64,000 nt of DNA from Syntrophorhabdaceae bacterium (GTDB taxonomy: Bacteria; Desulfobacterota; Syntrophorhabdia; Syntrophorhabdales; Syntrophorhabdaceae): NCBI GenBank assembly GCA_963665295.1, contig OY762209.1:224001-288000 (forward strand), given 5' to 3'. The position numbers were made by a program, and so were the translations under genes. The notes beneath the pieces were generated by a model that worked only from the letters and a program-made list of their open reading frames with translations, had not been told where the DNA came from and searched no databases. Within the stretch, counting starts at the first letter, position 1, and every line of letters starts with the position of its first letter. Below are positions 10,255 to 18,688 of the stretch, in pieces.

Positions 10255-10415
10255 CTGCCCGCCTCCCACGCGGCACGGGGACCGCATAGCGATTCTGTCG
10301 CCGGGATCCCTGCGAGGGCCATGACAACGACCTGCGCGGAAAGGACGGCGGTCAAGACGGTCCTTGCCTTTCTTCCGGGCAAGTGTCTATAGGCGATCCC
10401 GTATGCGGTGATCAT
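10251..10415 (-). pseudogene. Internally deleted MacB/LolE-type ABC permease (54 aa)
   Basis: MITAYGIAYRHLPGRKARTVLTA resembles a permease N-terminus and is fused to VVVMALAGI...AAWEAGR, resembling a permease C-terminus. ATGA overlaps with both neighbours. Confidence 0.65.
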
Positions 10416-11092
10416 TTTCTCTGCTCCTCCTGGGTGGATTGTGCGGAAAAGACGAACTCGTCCATGAGGATAAGATTCTTTTTCGTGGCGCGCAACGCTG
10501 CCCTGAAGTCGGCTTCAGCCTCCGGCGCGGGGTTCTTTATCTCCGCCGCCTTCCCTGTCGCCTTTCCCGTGCCCACGTCATAATGCTCGAAGTCCCTGAG
10601 GGTGAGCCCCGTCAACTGCCGGGCGAACTTCTGGTCCCTCAGTTTCGCCGCATACTGGCTCGTCATCTTCTGAATGTAGAATCCCCTTATGGTCCCGTCC
10701 ATAGTCTGCACGAGGAACACCTGGATGCCGCCGAACTGACCCTTCTGGTTTACCCCGTGGATGTACCCGATCTTCTTCTTGCCCGCATATATCTCGTAGA
10801 TCGTATACGGGACGTCGATGGTCTCGTAGATGCCCCGGAACTTGTCGCCGAGCCGGGTCTCCACGGTCTTCATGAGCTTCTCCCCTCCTTTCTTCTGGAT
10901 CGAGGTATAGATCGTCCTGTACCCCGTCGATTCCGGGAAGAGACGCGCCACGTCACGGTCAGGATCGTTGAGATCGCACCCCACCGCGCCGAAAACAAAG
11001 CCCCCCGTGCCGAAAACAACGAGAAGGGTCATGATCACGCAGCCTGCCAGGGCCTGCTTCACGTTGAAGGTAATTCCATACGTTTTTTTCAT
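10412..11092 (-). CDS. Exported protein, FMN-binding/RnfG-like fold suspected
   Basis: N-terminal hydrophobic segment. The KIGYIHGVNQKGQFGGIQVFL pattern resembles FMN_bind proteins, but there is no SGAT flavinylation motif. Confidence 0.55.
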   Translation of the reverse strand: MKKTYGITFNVKQALAGCVIMTLLVVFGTGGFVFGAVGCDLNDPDRDVARLFPESTGYRTIYTSIQKKGGEKLMKTVETRLGDKFRGIYETIDVPYTIYEIYAGKKKIGYIHGVNQKGQFGGIQVFLVQTMDGTIRGFYIQKMTSQYAAKLRDQKFARQLTGLTLRDFEHYDVGTGKATGKAAEIKNPAPEAEADFRAALRATKKNLILMDEFVFSAQSTQEEQRK

Positions 11093-11198
11093 AGCACCCG
11101 CTTTATAGTAATAGAATTGCACCACCACGGTGCTGCCGGTGGATTTGCGGTCGGGCCGCTCAATAGACAGGCGCCGGGCTTCTCCACGCTATCTCCCT

Positions 11199-11214
11199 TG
11201 CAACATTCATACCC
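11199..11214 (-). promoter_or_regulatory. Sigma-54-type promoter of the 11092-8991 operon
   Basis: Minus strand reads GGGTATGAATGTTGCA (GG-N10-GC with TTGCA). Confidence 0.6.
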
Positions 11215-11296
11215 GGACCAGGGCTTGCCCTAGTTCCATGGTCACTCAATCATTACCACTACTTGAATGATTGAGGCCGGAAATCCCACCGTCTCA

Positions 11297-11335
11297 TGTC
11301 TCCTGAAAGAAGACACGAGTCTTGCCCCGCAAGAA
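11297..11335. promoter_or_regulatory. Two GTCTTG-N5-CAAGAC-like enhancer sites
   Basis: TGTCTCCtgaaaGAAGACA and GTCTTGccccgCAAGAA lie 21 bp apart. Confidence 0.6.
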
Positions 11336-11579
11336 TATTATATCCCGGAAACGGGAATAAAGGAAGGGGACAGCGTGCATTCCTCCATGCTGTCAGGTAT
11401 GGATCTCAAGAAAAGTTGACATGAAAACTGTTCGTCCGATACAATCGGGATTATATTGAAGTAGCGTTTCTGCAAGCCGGGGAGGGATGGGGACGAGGCA
11501 GGCAGGGTGATCCGCCCCGCGCCCATCCCGTTAAAATCCTCTTTCCGTCATTCGATGGGGCAATTTGAGGAGGCACGAT

Positions 11580-12125
11580 ATGAGAAGGTTTCTCGAAGCG
11601 TCATTGGTCACCGCGGTTTTGATCCTTTCCCTCGGCACAGCCCATGGGGACGGAGCACCGGGCGCCCTCAAGTGGTCCTATGAAACGGGGTTCCTCGTTT
11701 CCTCTTCTCCGGCCATAGGGGCGGACGGGACGGTCTATGTGGGTTCGCAGGACTCCAAGCTCTATGCGATGAGCCCCAATGGCGCTCTCAGGTGGTCCTG
11801 TGCAACAGGGGGACCCATCTCCTCTTCCCCGGCCATAGGGGCGGACGGGACGGTCTATGTGGGTTCGGAGGACCGCAATCTTCATACCATCAATCCCAAC
11901 GGCACGTTCAAGTGGTCCTATGCGACGGGGCGCAAGATCTACACCTCTTCCCCCGCTATCGGGACCGACGGTACGGTCTTTATCGGATCGGAAGACCGCA
12001 AACTCCACGCCGTCCACAGCGCGTCAAAGGGTCTCGCCGAAAGCCCCTGGCCCATGTTTCGCCTCAACACAAAACACGCAGCCGGGACCTTTGCACCTCC
12101 GGATGCAATCCGGATCAGGAAATAG
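11580..12125 (+). CDS. Exported PQQ-like beta-propeller repeat protein (three repeats)
   Basis: Three SSPAIG.DGTV(Y/F)(V/I)GS.D repeats, signal peptide and GAGGAGG RBS. Confidence 0.8.
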   Translation: MRRFLEASLVTAVLILSLGTAHGDGAPGALKWSYETGFLVSSSPAIGADGTVYVGSQDSKLYAMSPNGALRWSCATGGPISSSPAIGADGTVYVGSEDRNLHTINPNGTFKWSYATGRKIYTSSPAIGTDGTVFIGSEDRKLHAVHSASKGLAESPWPMFRLNTKHAAGTFAPPDAIRIRK

Positions 12126-12175
12126 GGGATCGCTCCCGCCCCGGTCGAACCGTTTTCCCGGGGCACGGGGCGCCC

Positions 12176-13183
12176 TCAGTAGCCTTCGAGCTTGAAATCC
12201 GTAAATATCATGGCCCACGTTGCGATAAGGGCGAAGATCAGATAGAAGGCAACTGCAACAAGGGTGAGCCGTTTCTGGATCGAGGGGAGCAGATCCTTAA
12301 GGCTGGGGATGTTTCGCGCAGGCATGACGAGACCGGTCGAGATTCCCGCCACCGCGCCCCCGAGGAGGGTAAGGTAAAGGGCGTAGCCCACGTAATGGTA
12401 TTCCTTCTGAAGGATGCAAAAGGGGCAGTGGTGCGTGGGCAACTGGTAGAAGTAGAGGGAGATGAAGCAGATGAGGGCGGCCACGGACACGACGAAGGTG
12501 AGGGCGCTCAAAAAAGAAAAGCCATACCCCACCGGTACCATTCCCCTCCTGATAAAGAGAAGTCCGGACGCTGAGGTGAGAAAGACAGAGGCAAAGAAGG
12601 CTATCTTCGCGGGTATGGTGGGAAAGGAAGGAAGGAGGGCCCCGGCCCCCTTCGCTTCGGGGCTGAACAGACTGCCGCAGCACGAGGTAATCACATGGGC
12701 GTCGAGGTTAAGGAAGTAAGCCCCCTGGAGGACCATCTCCGTGAGGATCAAGGGGGTTATACCAAGAAGAAGGAGATATTTCTTCTTTATGAGAGGATAA
12801 TCGATTGCCCTGTTGTCCGTATAGTTGACCACGAGCCAAACCCCTCCGAGTATGAAGTTGACAATCTTGAAAAGGAGGGTCGGGTATCCGTACCCGTTGA
12901 TGTTGAGCGTCCCGGCGGCGCACATGGCCCCCACAAAGAGGCTGCTCAGCTTGTCGGCGGTGAAGATGAAAAGGAACAGGGAAAAAAGTTGGAAGCAGAA
13001 GGCGTAGCTCATTACCGTGGAGATGAGGTATGTCTGCCTTTCGAGGTTGAGCTGCACCTCGCTGCCGCTCCTCAGGTCCCAGCGCCTCACTATTCTTACG
13101 CCGTAGGACGCGGCGTAGAGGACCATGAAGCTCACCACGAGGGAGCCTACAAAGAGCGCTATGATCGCGGGGTGCATGATCAT
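12176..13183 (-). CDS. Polytopic membrane protein with Cys/His motifs
   Basis: Many TM segments with GAMCAAG, TSCCGS and THHCPFC motifs. Coupled to the ABC ATPase. Confidence 0.75.
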   Translation of the reverse strand: MIMHPAIIALFVGSLVVSFMVLYAASYGVRIVRRWDLRSGSEVQLNLERQTYLISTVMSYAFCFQLFSLFLFIFTADKLSSLFVGAMCAAGTLNINGYGYPTLLFKIVNFILGGVWLVVNYTDNRAIDYPLIKKKYLLLLGITPLILTEMVLQGAYFLNLDAHVITSCCGSLFSPEAKGAGALLPSFPTIPAKIAFFASVFLTSASGLLFIRRGMVPVGYGFSFLSALTFVVSVAALICFISLYFYQLPTHHCPFCILQKEYHYVGYALYLTLLGGAVAGISTGLVMPARNIPSLKDLLPSIQKRLTLVAVAFYLIFALIATWAMIFTDFKLEGY

Positions 13184-13866
13184 GGGCGCATCCCCGGACC
13201 GACTATCCTCCCATCCCGGAACTCTATCACCCTTTCCACCAGAGTGGAATCGTACATCAGGGGATCGTGGCTCGCGATGAGTATGGTTTTGCCTTGCCGG
13301 TTAAGGTCGGCCACGATCTCCATAAACTCCTGCGAAAGCTTTGTATCGAGATGAGCAGTGGGCTCATCGGCGATGATGATCTCCGGGTTGTTGATAAGGG
13401 CGCGGGCGATGGTGACGCGCTGGGCCTCTCCTCCGGAAAGCCATTCCACCTTGGATGAGGCCTTGCCGGCAAGGTTGAAGAGCCCGAGAAGATCAAGGGC
13501 CCTCGCGCGCAGGGCGCCGTGTTTCTCTCCCGAGGGGTAGGCGGGGACCATGACGTTCTCCAGCGCCGTCACCCCCCTTATGAGGTTGAAATGCTGGAAG
13601 ATAAACCCGAAGCTCGTGCGCCGTATCTCGGCAAGGAACCTTTCCGGAAGGCTCGTTATCTCCTTTCCGAAGACCTCGACCCTTCCGGATGTGGGCTTTG
13701 TCATGGCGCCTACGATGCTGAGGGCCGTAGTCTTCCCGGACCCGCTCGGTCCCCTGAGCACGGTGATTTTATGGGGTTCGATGGAGAGGCTTATGTCATC
13801 GAGGGCCGTGAATTCGTTGGAATTCCCCTTATTGAAAATCTTGGTCACATGTCTGAGATCGATCAT
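13180..13866 (-). CDS. ABC transporter ATP-binding protein (LolD type)
   Basis: GPSGSGKTT, LSGGEAQRV, ADEPTAHLD, ASHD. Confidence 0.9.
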   Translation of the reverse strand: MIDLRHVTKIFNKGNSNEFTALDDISLSIEPHKITVLRGPSGSGKTTALSIVGAMTKPTSGRVEVFGKEITSLPERFLAEIRRTSFGFIFQHFNLIRGVTALENVMVPAYPSGEKHGALRARALDLLGLFNLAGKASSKVEWLSGGEAQRVTIARALINNPEIIIADEPTAHLDTKLSQEFMEIVADLNRQGKTILIASHDPLMYDSTLVERVIEFRDGRIVGPGMRP

Positions 13867-13870
13867 GACG

Positions 13871-15007
13871 TCAGAGCCTCATTACTTCGTCGGGGTCGAT
13901 AATGGCGGCTTTCCACGACGGTATGATGGTTGCGGTGGTATAGGGAATGACGGTAAGAAAGAAGAGGGCGGCGATCTGGTAAGGGTCCACATAAGGAACA
14001 AGCCGGAAATGAGGATAGAGGACGGACCAACCTTTAAGCACGGGTTCGAAGAAGATGTAGGAAGCGAAGAAGACATGGGCATAGGCCGCCACCGCGCCGA
14101 TCAGGAAAGCGGAAAGGGAAATCACGATGCCTTCCCACGATTTCATGACGATCACTTCCGACGTCTCCCAACCCACGGCCTTCAATATCCCGATCTCCCG
14201 CCGCTCCTCGAAACTGAGGCTCGTCGCCTTGTCCCACGCGAAGATGGCAAAGGCCAGCACGGCGCCGCCAAGGACGAAGACCAGAAGACCGCCGCGCCAG
14301 TCGAAGACAGCGTCATAGGTTCTCAGGATTTCATCCTTGAGAATAGGCCTCGTATCGGGCAGGAGCCTTTTGATCTTATCCGCCACGGTAGCCCTTTCAT
14401 TTCTGTTTCTCACGAGGAGACTCACATCGGTCCAGTACGGCTCTTTCACATTGAAAAGGGCCCGGAAATCCGCCTGGGAGACTTCGATGAGATCGGAGGA
14501 GACAATCTCCGACGGGGCGGTAAATATGTGGTCCACCTCGAAACTCAGATAGCTGCCGTCAAAGGCCTTGAGAGGCACAATATCGCCCTTCCGGATGCCC
14601 AGCGTCCTTGCTACGCCGCGGCCGATGCGCATGGCCCCTTCCCGGGGCCCCTTGTCCGGGTCAGTGGCCACGAGGGTATAATTGGCCCCCGTCGCAGGTT
14701 CGAAGTAATACCCCCAGAGCCGCCCCCTGACTCCCCGCACGCCGGGTATCTCCTGCATCGCCGTCATGTAGCTCCCGGGGATGAGGTCATGCCTTCCCGC
14801 CATGATCCTTTGGACCACGATCTCAGGGGCTCCCTCGAGCACGAGTGACGCCTCTTTCTTGATCGACCCGGTGAAGAAAAAGATGGAAGCCAGGATGAAG
14901 ACAATGACCGTGTATATGATGAGTAAAGCGAGGTTCTTCCCCCACTTCCTGAGAAGGGAAGAGAGGGCGAAGCCGATGATGTTCTGCTGTTTTTCAATCC
15001 AGGCCAT
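13871..15007 (-). CDS. ABC transporter permease (LolE/MacB/FtsX type)
   Basis: One TM, periplasmic domain, ERREIGILKAVGW, three TM, and a PSWKAAIIDP ending. Confidence 0.85.
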   Translation of the reverse strand: MAWIEKQQNIIGFALSSLLRKWGKNLALLIIYTVIVFILASIFFFTGSIKKEASLVLEGAPEIVVQRIMAGRHDLIPGSYMTAMQEIPGVRGVRGRLWGYYFEPATGANYTLVATDPDKGPREGAMRIGRGVARTLGIRKGDIVPLKAFDGSYLSFEVDHIFTAPSEIVSSDLIEVSQADFRALFNVKEPYWTDVSLLVRNRNERATVADKIKRLLPDTRPILKDEILRTYDAVFDWRGGLLVFVLGGAVLAFAIFAWDKATSLSFEERREIGILKAVGWETSEVIVMKSWEGIVISLSAFLIGAVAAYAHVFFASYIFFEPVLKGWSVLYPHFRLVPYVDPYQIAALFFLTVIPYTTATIIPSWKAAIIDPDEVMRL

Positions 15008-15302
15008 GGCGTATTCCTGCAGGGGGGCTTATGATCGATCCGGACGGGAAATGTTCCAGGGACACGGGGTGGTCCTGGAAAGGGGTCGCCCTGTCCGCCA
15101 TAGTGGGGTTTCTCGTGTATCTCGCATCGGTAAAGAGACAGAGGTCCGTAAGTTCAAGCCTCTCCGCCAGGAGCATCCTCTCTTGAATAAACGGCCTTTC
15201 GGCGCGCGCTGTCCAGGCCGCATGGACAAAGACGAGGGCTAGGGCCGATATGCCCGCGGCAAGGGCCCCGAGGTAGATGGTCGACCGCCTCGGAGCCGTC
15301 AA
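14994..15302 (-). CDS. Small hypothetical membrane/exported protein
   Basis: Overlaps both neighbours in the operon. LTDLCLFTDARYTRNP motif. Confidence 0.65.
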   Translation of the reverse strand: MTAPRRSTIYLGALAAGISALALVFVHAAWTARAERPFIQERMLLAERLELTDLCLFTDARYTRNPTMADRATPFQDHPVSLEHFPSGSIISPPAGIRHGLD

Positions 15303-15796
15303 TCGACGCTCCCCAGGACCGATTCGGTTATCTCGCCGAAAGTCAACACTCTCTTACCCTTGTGGTCCTTCAGGAATGCCTTTGCGTCGGCTTCCTTTCC
15401 AAAAGGGATAAACTCCCTTCCCATGGGACCGAAGACATCGCTCCCCTGGACGTAGAAGGCTTTCATGCCGTCGACAGGAGCGACGGTGTAGTAATCCGTC
15501 ACATAGACTGCCTTGATGTCGGCCGGTTTCTTCCCCGGTTTATACTTCTTGAGGTTGACGAGATATTTGAACATGTCCTTTGACCCGTCGAAGAAGTCGA
15601 AGGAGCCGTCCTTGAAAACGACTTGTGTCACAAAGTCAGGGTATTTCGCGACAAACATCCCGCATACCGGGCATTTGGCCCTCGGCCCGGGTTTGGCGGG
15701 GCCCTTTTCGAGCCCCCACCCTGTGGACGTGACCGCGAAGGTCGCCGCAATCAAAAAGAGAAAGACCTTTTTCCGAAGCATAAGCGGTTTGCTCAA
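15299..15796 (-). CDS. nosL: NosL-family protein
   Basis: CPVCGMFV, FFDGSKDMF, VTDYY, GPMGREFIPF. Confidence 0.85.
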   Translation of the reverse strand: MSKPLMLRKKVFLFLIAATFAVTSTGWGLEKGPAKPGPRAKCPVCGMFVAKYPDFVTQVVFKDGSFDFFDGSKDMFKYLVNLKKYKPGKKPADIKAVYVTDYYTVAPVDGMKAFYVQGSDVFGPMGREFIPFGKEADAKAFLKDHKGKRVLTFGEITESVLGSVD

Positions 15797-16326
15797 TGCT
15801 GGTGGCCCTTGTCCATGGACATTTTCATCTTCATCATCTTCCGTTTGTCCCGAATCATCTTCGTGTCGGCGTACATGTCTTCGTAGGCCGCCTTCATGGC
15901 TTCATCGAAGCCGGCAAGCTGCCCCCCGTTGCTTTTAATGAACCCTTCCGCGTCAGCCTTGTTGGCGAAAGCCCATTTTGCCCTCTTGGACATGACACCG
16001 GGTTTCGTCCCGCCGATAACCCAGAATGCCTTTTCCGCATCGATCAGGTTCTTTGTGCCGAAATCGGCAACCTGGATGCTTTTCGGTGTCTTGTCGAGGT
16101 TCACCGCGGATTCCACGGCCGCGCAATGGAGGCTGCAGACGGCAACCTCGGACCCGTCGCCATAGGTGATGAGCATTCTGCTGTGAGCAAACTGTCCCCT
16201 GTCCATACCGCAGTAATTGCAGGCCTTGTGCTTCTCCACATCGGTTTGGGCGAAGGCAAAACCGCCCGCAAAAAGAAGGAGTGTTACCGCCAGTATTACG
16301 AGTGACAAGGATTTACTATTTCTCAT
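15793..16326 (-). CDS. nosL: NosL-family protein with Met/His-rich tail
   Basis: CNYCGMDR, CSLHC, GVMSKRAKWAF. C-terminus is MMKMKMSMDKGHQH. Confidence 0.8.
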   Translation of the reverse strand: MRNSKSLSLVILAVTLLLFAGGFAFAQTDVEKHKACNYCGMDRGQFAHSRMLITYGDGSEVAVCSLHCAAVESAVNLDKTPKSIQVADFGTKNLIDAEKAFWVIGGTKPGVMSKRAKWAFANKADAEGFIKSNGGQLAGFDEAMKAAYEDMYADTKMIRDKRKMMKMKMSMDKGHQH

Positions 16327-16520
16327 GTGATCCTCCTTATGAATTTATTTTCGGTGAAACGAATATCCACTGAAGACAATTTCCGTCTAAAGAATAAGCC
16401 CTGGAGACCGTCCTGTCAACGTGGCAGGCAGAAACGCCGTCAGTCCCCCGGCCGCCCTCTTCTTTCGTCATATCTTCCTTATTACTCAAAAACTCAAAGG
16501 TGAACGGAGTGGGTTGTCCC

Positions 16521-16913
16521 TTACGACCTGGGGGGCTTGTACGGCGTGGGATAATAGAGAGATGCCGTACCTGCGGGTTTTTCGACTACCTCTCCTGAAG
16601 GCCGGGGATAGAAGGGAAACCGGAAATCGCTTGACAACGTATCATCGGACCATAGCAAATTATAGGAATCGGCATCGTGACTGCAATTGACGCAGGACGA
16701 AAGAACAGGACATGCCTTTTGCGCGCCCGAACAGCAATGGCAGGCGAGCCTTGCTGCCTGGTCCTGTTTCATTGCGCCGCACTGCGATATGGGCCCCAGG
16801 GGGTAACACAGGGAAAATATGAAGACCGCCATGAGCACTTTCAGAAGCTCCCTTTTTCGGACGGAAGAAATGCACCTTTTCATGTTATCCTGTGACACTC
16901 CCCGGGCAAGCAT
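16521..16913 (-). CDS. Small Cys-rich exported protein with Pro-rich end (CutF/CruR-like candidate)
   Basis: Hydrophobic segment, CHCC and CPVLSSCVNC motifs, ending PTPYKPPRS. Sits upstream of the nosL operon. Confidence 0.55.
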   Translation of the reverse strand: MLARGVSQDNMKRCISSVRKRELLKVLMAVFIFSLCYPLGPISQCGAMKQDQAARLACHCCSGAQKACPVLSSCVNCSHDADSYNLLWSDDTLSSDFRFPFYPRPSGEVVEKPAGTASLYYPTPYKPPRS

Positions 16914-17033
16914 GAGATAATAGACGGAAAATATAAAGCATAGACAAACATCAGCACCGGTAGGGATAAAGTCAAGGGGGGGCGTTGCATATCCGGTGAA
17001 TTCGCCTCCTGTGACGAATCGTTGGCCCGCTGC

Positions 17034-17062
17034 TTGACGGGCCCCGGGGCAGGCCTTAGATT
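17034..17062 (+). promoter_or_regulatory. Sigma-70-type promoter of the cus-like operon
   Basis: TTGACG-N17-TAGATT. Confidence 0.45.
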
Positions 17063-17129
17063 AGTCTAGTGGGCAAGGTGCGAGCCTTATCGTGCAAAAA
17101 AGAAGAAAGCGAGGGTCCTGGGTCTGATC

Positions 17130-17534
17130 GTGCGGGGGAATTCTATTGTAAGAACACTCATAGTCCTTTTGTCGGTCTGGATTTGCGCGCCCGCGGCCTA
17201 CGGGCGCGATTTTACGGTCCGTCGGACCGTGGACGGCTATACCGTGGACATCGCCATCAACCGGAACCCCCCCGTTCTGGGCCCGAACCGGCTCAAGGTC
17301 GAAGTAAAGGACTCCACGGGAAGACCGGTGGCGGGCATCTCCGTGACGGTGAACTATTACATGCCGCCCATGCCCGGAATGCCCCCCATGAACTATACGG
17401 TCAAAGCCCAGCCCCAGGGCGCGGCATATAGCGTAACAATGGACCTCATCATGACGGGTCCCTGGAATATAGTAGTAAGGGCAACTGTGCCGGGAAAACC
17501 TCTCCGGGTCACAGTCCCCATCGACGTGAGGTGA
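17130..17534 (+). CDS. YtkA/FixH-like periplasmic protein
   Basis: Signal peptide, YYMPPMPGMPPM and M.GPWNI motifs. Coupled to cusB. Confidence 0.75.
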   Translation: MRGNSIVRTLIVLLSVWICAPAAYGRDFTVRRTVDGYTVDIAINRNPPVLGPNRLKVEVKDSTGRPVAGISVTVNYYMPPMPGMPPMNYTVKAQPQGAAYSVTMDLIMTGPWNIVVRATVPGKPLRVTVPIDVR

Positions 17535-18688
17535 CTATGAAAACATCAGGGCAGATAAAAGGGTTCTCCCGGGCTACGAGAGGCTTTCTCGCAATCACGG
17601 CGGCAATGTTCTTCATCGCGGCCGGTGCGACATGGGGGGCAGACGGCGAAACGGTGAAGGTAGAGGTCCCCGTAGACAAACAACGCCTCATGGGCATCAC
17701 CACCGTTCCGGCGGCAATGAAGCACATGACCAAACGATTGAGGACAGTGGGAAGGGTCGAGGTGGACGAACGAAAGCTCACTACCGTCAATATTAAGGTC
17801 GAAGGCTGGGTCGACACCCTTCACGTCAATTATGCGGGGCAGTACGTAAAGAAAGGCATGCCCCTGGCCGAGATATACAGCCCCGAACTCATGTCTCTCC
17901 AGCTCGAATTGCTTAACCTCAAGCAGCTGACGGAACGGGGCGCCCGGTTTCAGAGAACTCTCGAATTCAAATGGGGAGACAGGTACGGCACCACGGGCAC
18001 GGCGACTACCTTCGACACGGGCGGCCTCTTCCTCGTGGCACGGCAGAAGCTCGCCCTCTGGGAAATCCCCGAAGAACAGATAAAGAAGATTGAAGAGACA
18101 AAAACGCCCATAAGGACCCTCACGGTCAGAAGTCCGGAAAGCGGATACATCTTCCAGAAACCGGTGGTCAAGGGGACCCGGGTGGGCCCCGGGGACAAGC
18201 TCTTCGATATCGCCGACCTCTCCACGGTCTGGGTGCTCGCGGATATATACGAATACGAAGTGCCTTTCGTGAAGGTAGGACAGAAGGGCAGGATTACCCT
18301 CAGTTATTATCCGGAAAAGGAGTTTGTGTCGAAAGTCGATTTTATATACCCGTCCTTTTCGGGCCAGACCAGGACAGCCAAAGCACGGTTTGTCCTTCCC
18401 AACCCCGGGGGCCTCCTCAAGCCCCAGATGTTCGCCAACGTGGAAATGGACCTCGACATGGGCAAGAGGCTCGCAATTCCCGAGACCGCCGTCCTCGACA
18501 CGGGAACGCGACAGATTGTCTACGTGGACGTGGGGGACGGATACTTCAGTCCGAGGCAGGTGAGGCTCGGAGCGAAAGCGGACGGCATGGTGGAGGTTTT
18601 GAAGGGCCTCAAGCCCGGTGAAATAGTGGCAAGGTCCGGAGTCTTCCTCATCGACTCGGACGCGAAGCTCAAGGGAGTGAGTCAATGA
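17531..18688 (+). CDS. cusB: RND periplasmic adaptor, CusB family
   Basis: GWVDTLHVNYAGQYVKKG.PLAEIYSPEL, IADLSTVWV, LKPQMFA. Confidence 0.85.
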   Translation: MTMKTSGQIKGFSRATRGFLAITAAMFFIAAGATWGADGETVKVEVPVDKQRLMGITTVPAAMKHMTKRLRTVGRVEVDERKLTTVNIKVEGWVDTLHVNYAGQYVKKGMPLAEIYSPELMSLQLELLNLKQLTERGARFQRTLEFKWGDRYGTTGTATTFDTGGLFLVARQKLALWEIPEEQIKKIEETKTPIRTLTVRSPESGYIFQKPVVKGTRVGPGDKLFDIADLSTVWVLADIYEYEVPFVKVGQKGRITLSYYPEKEFVSKVDFIYPSFSGQTRTAKARFVLPNPGGLLKPQMFANVEMDLDMGKRLAIPETAVLDTGTRQIVYVDVGDGYFSPRQVRLGAKADGMVEVLKGLKPGEIVARSGVFLIDSDAKLKGVSQ

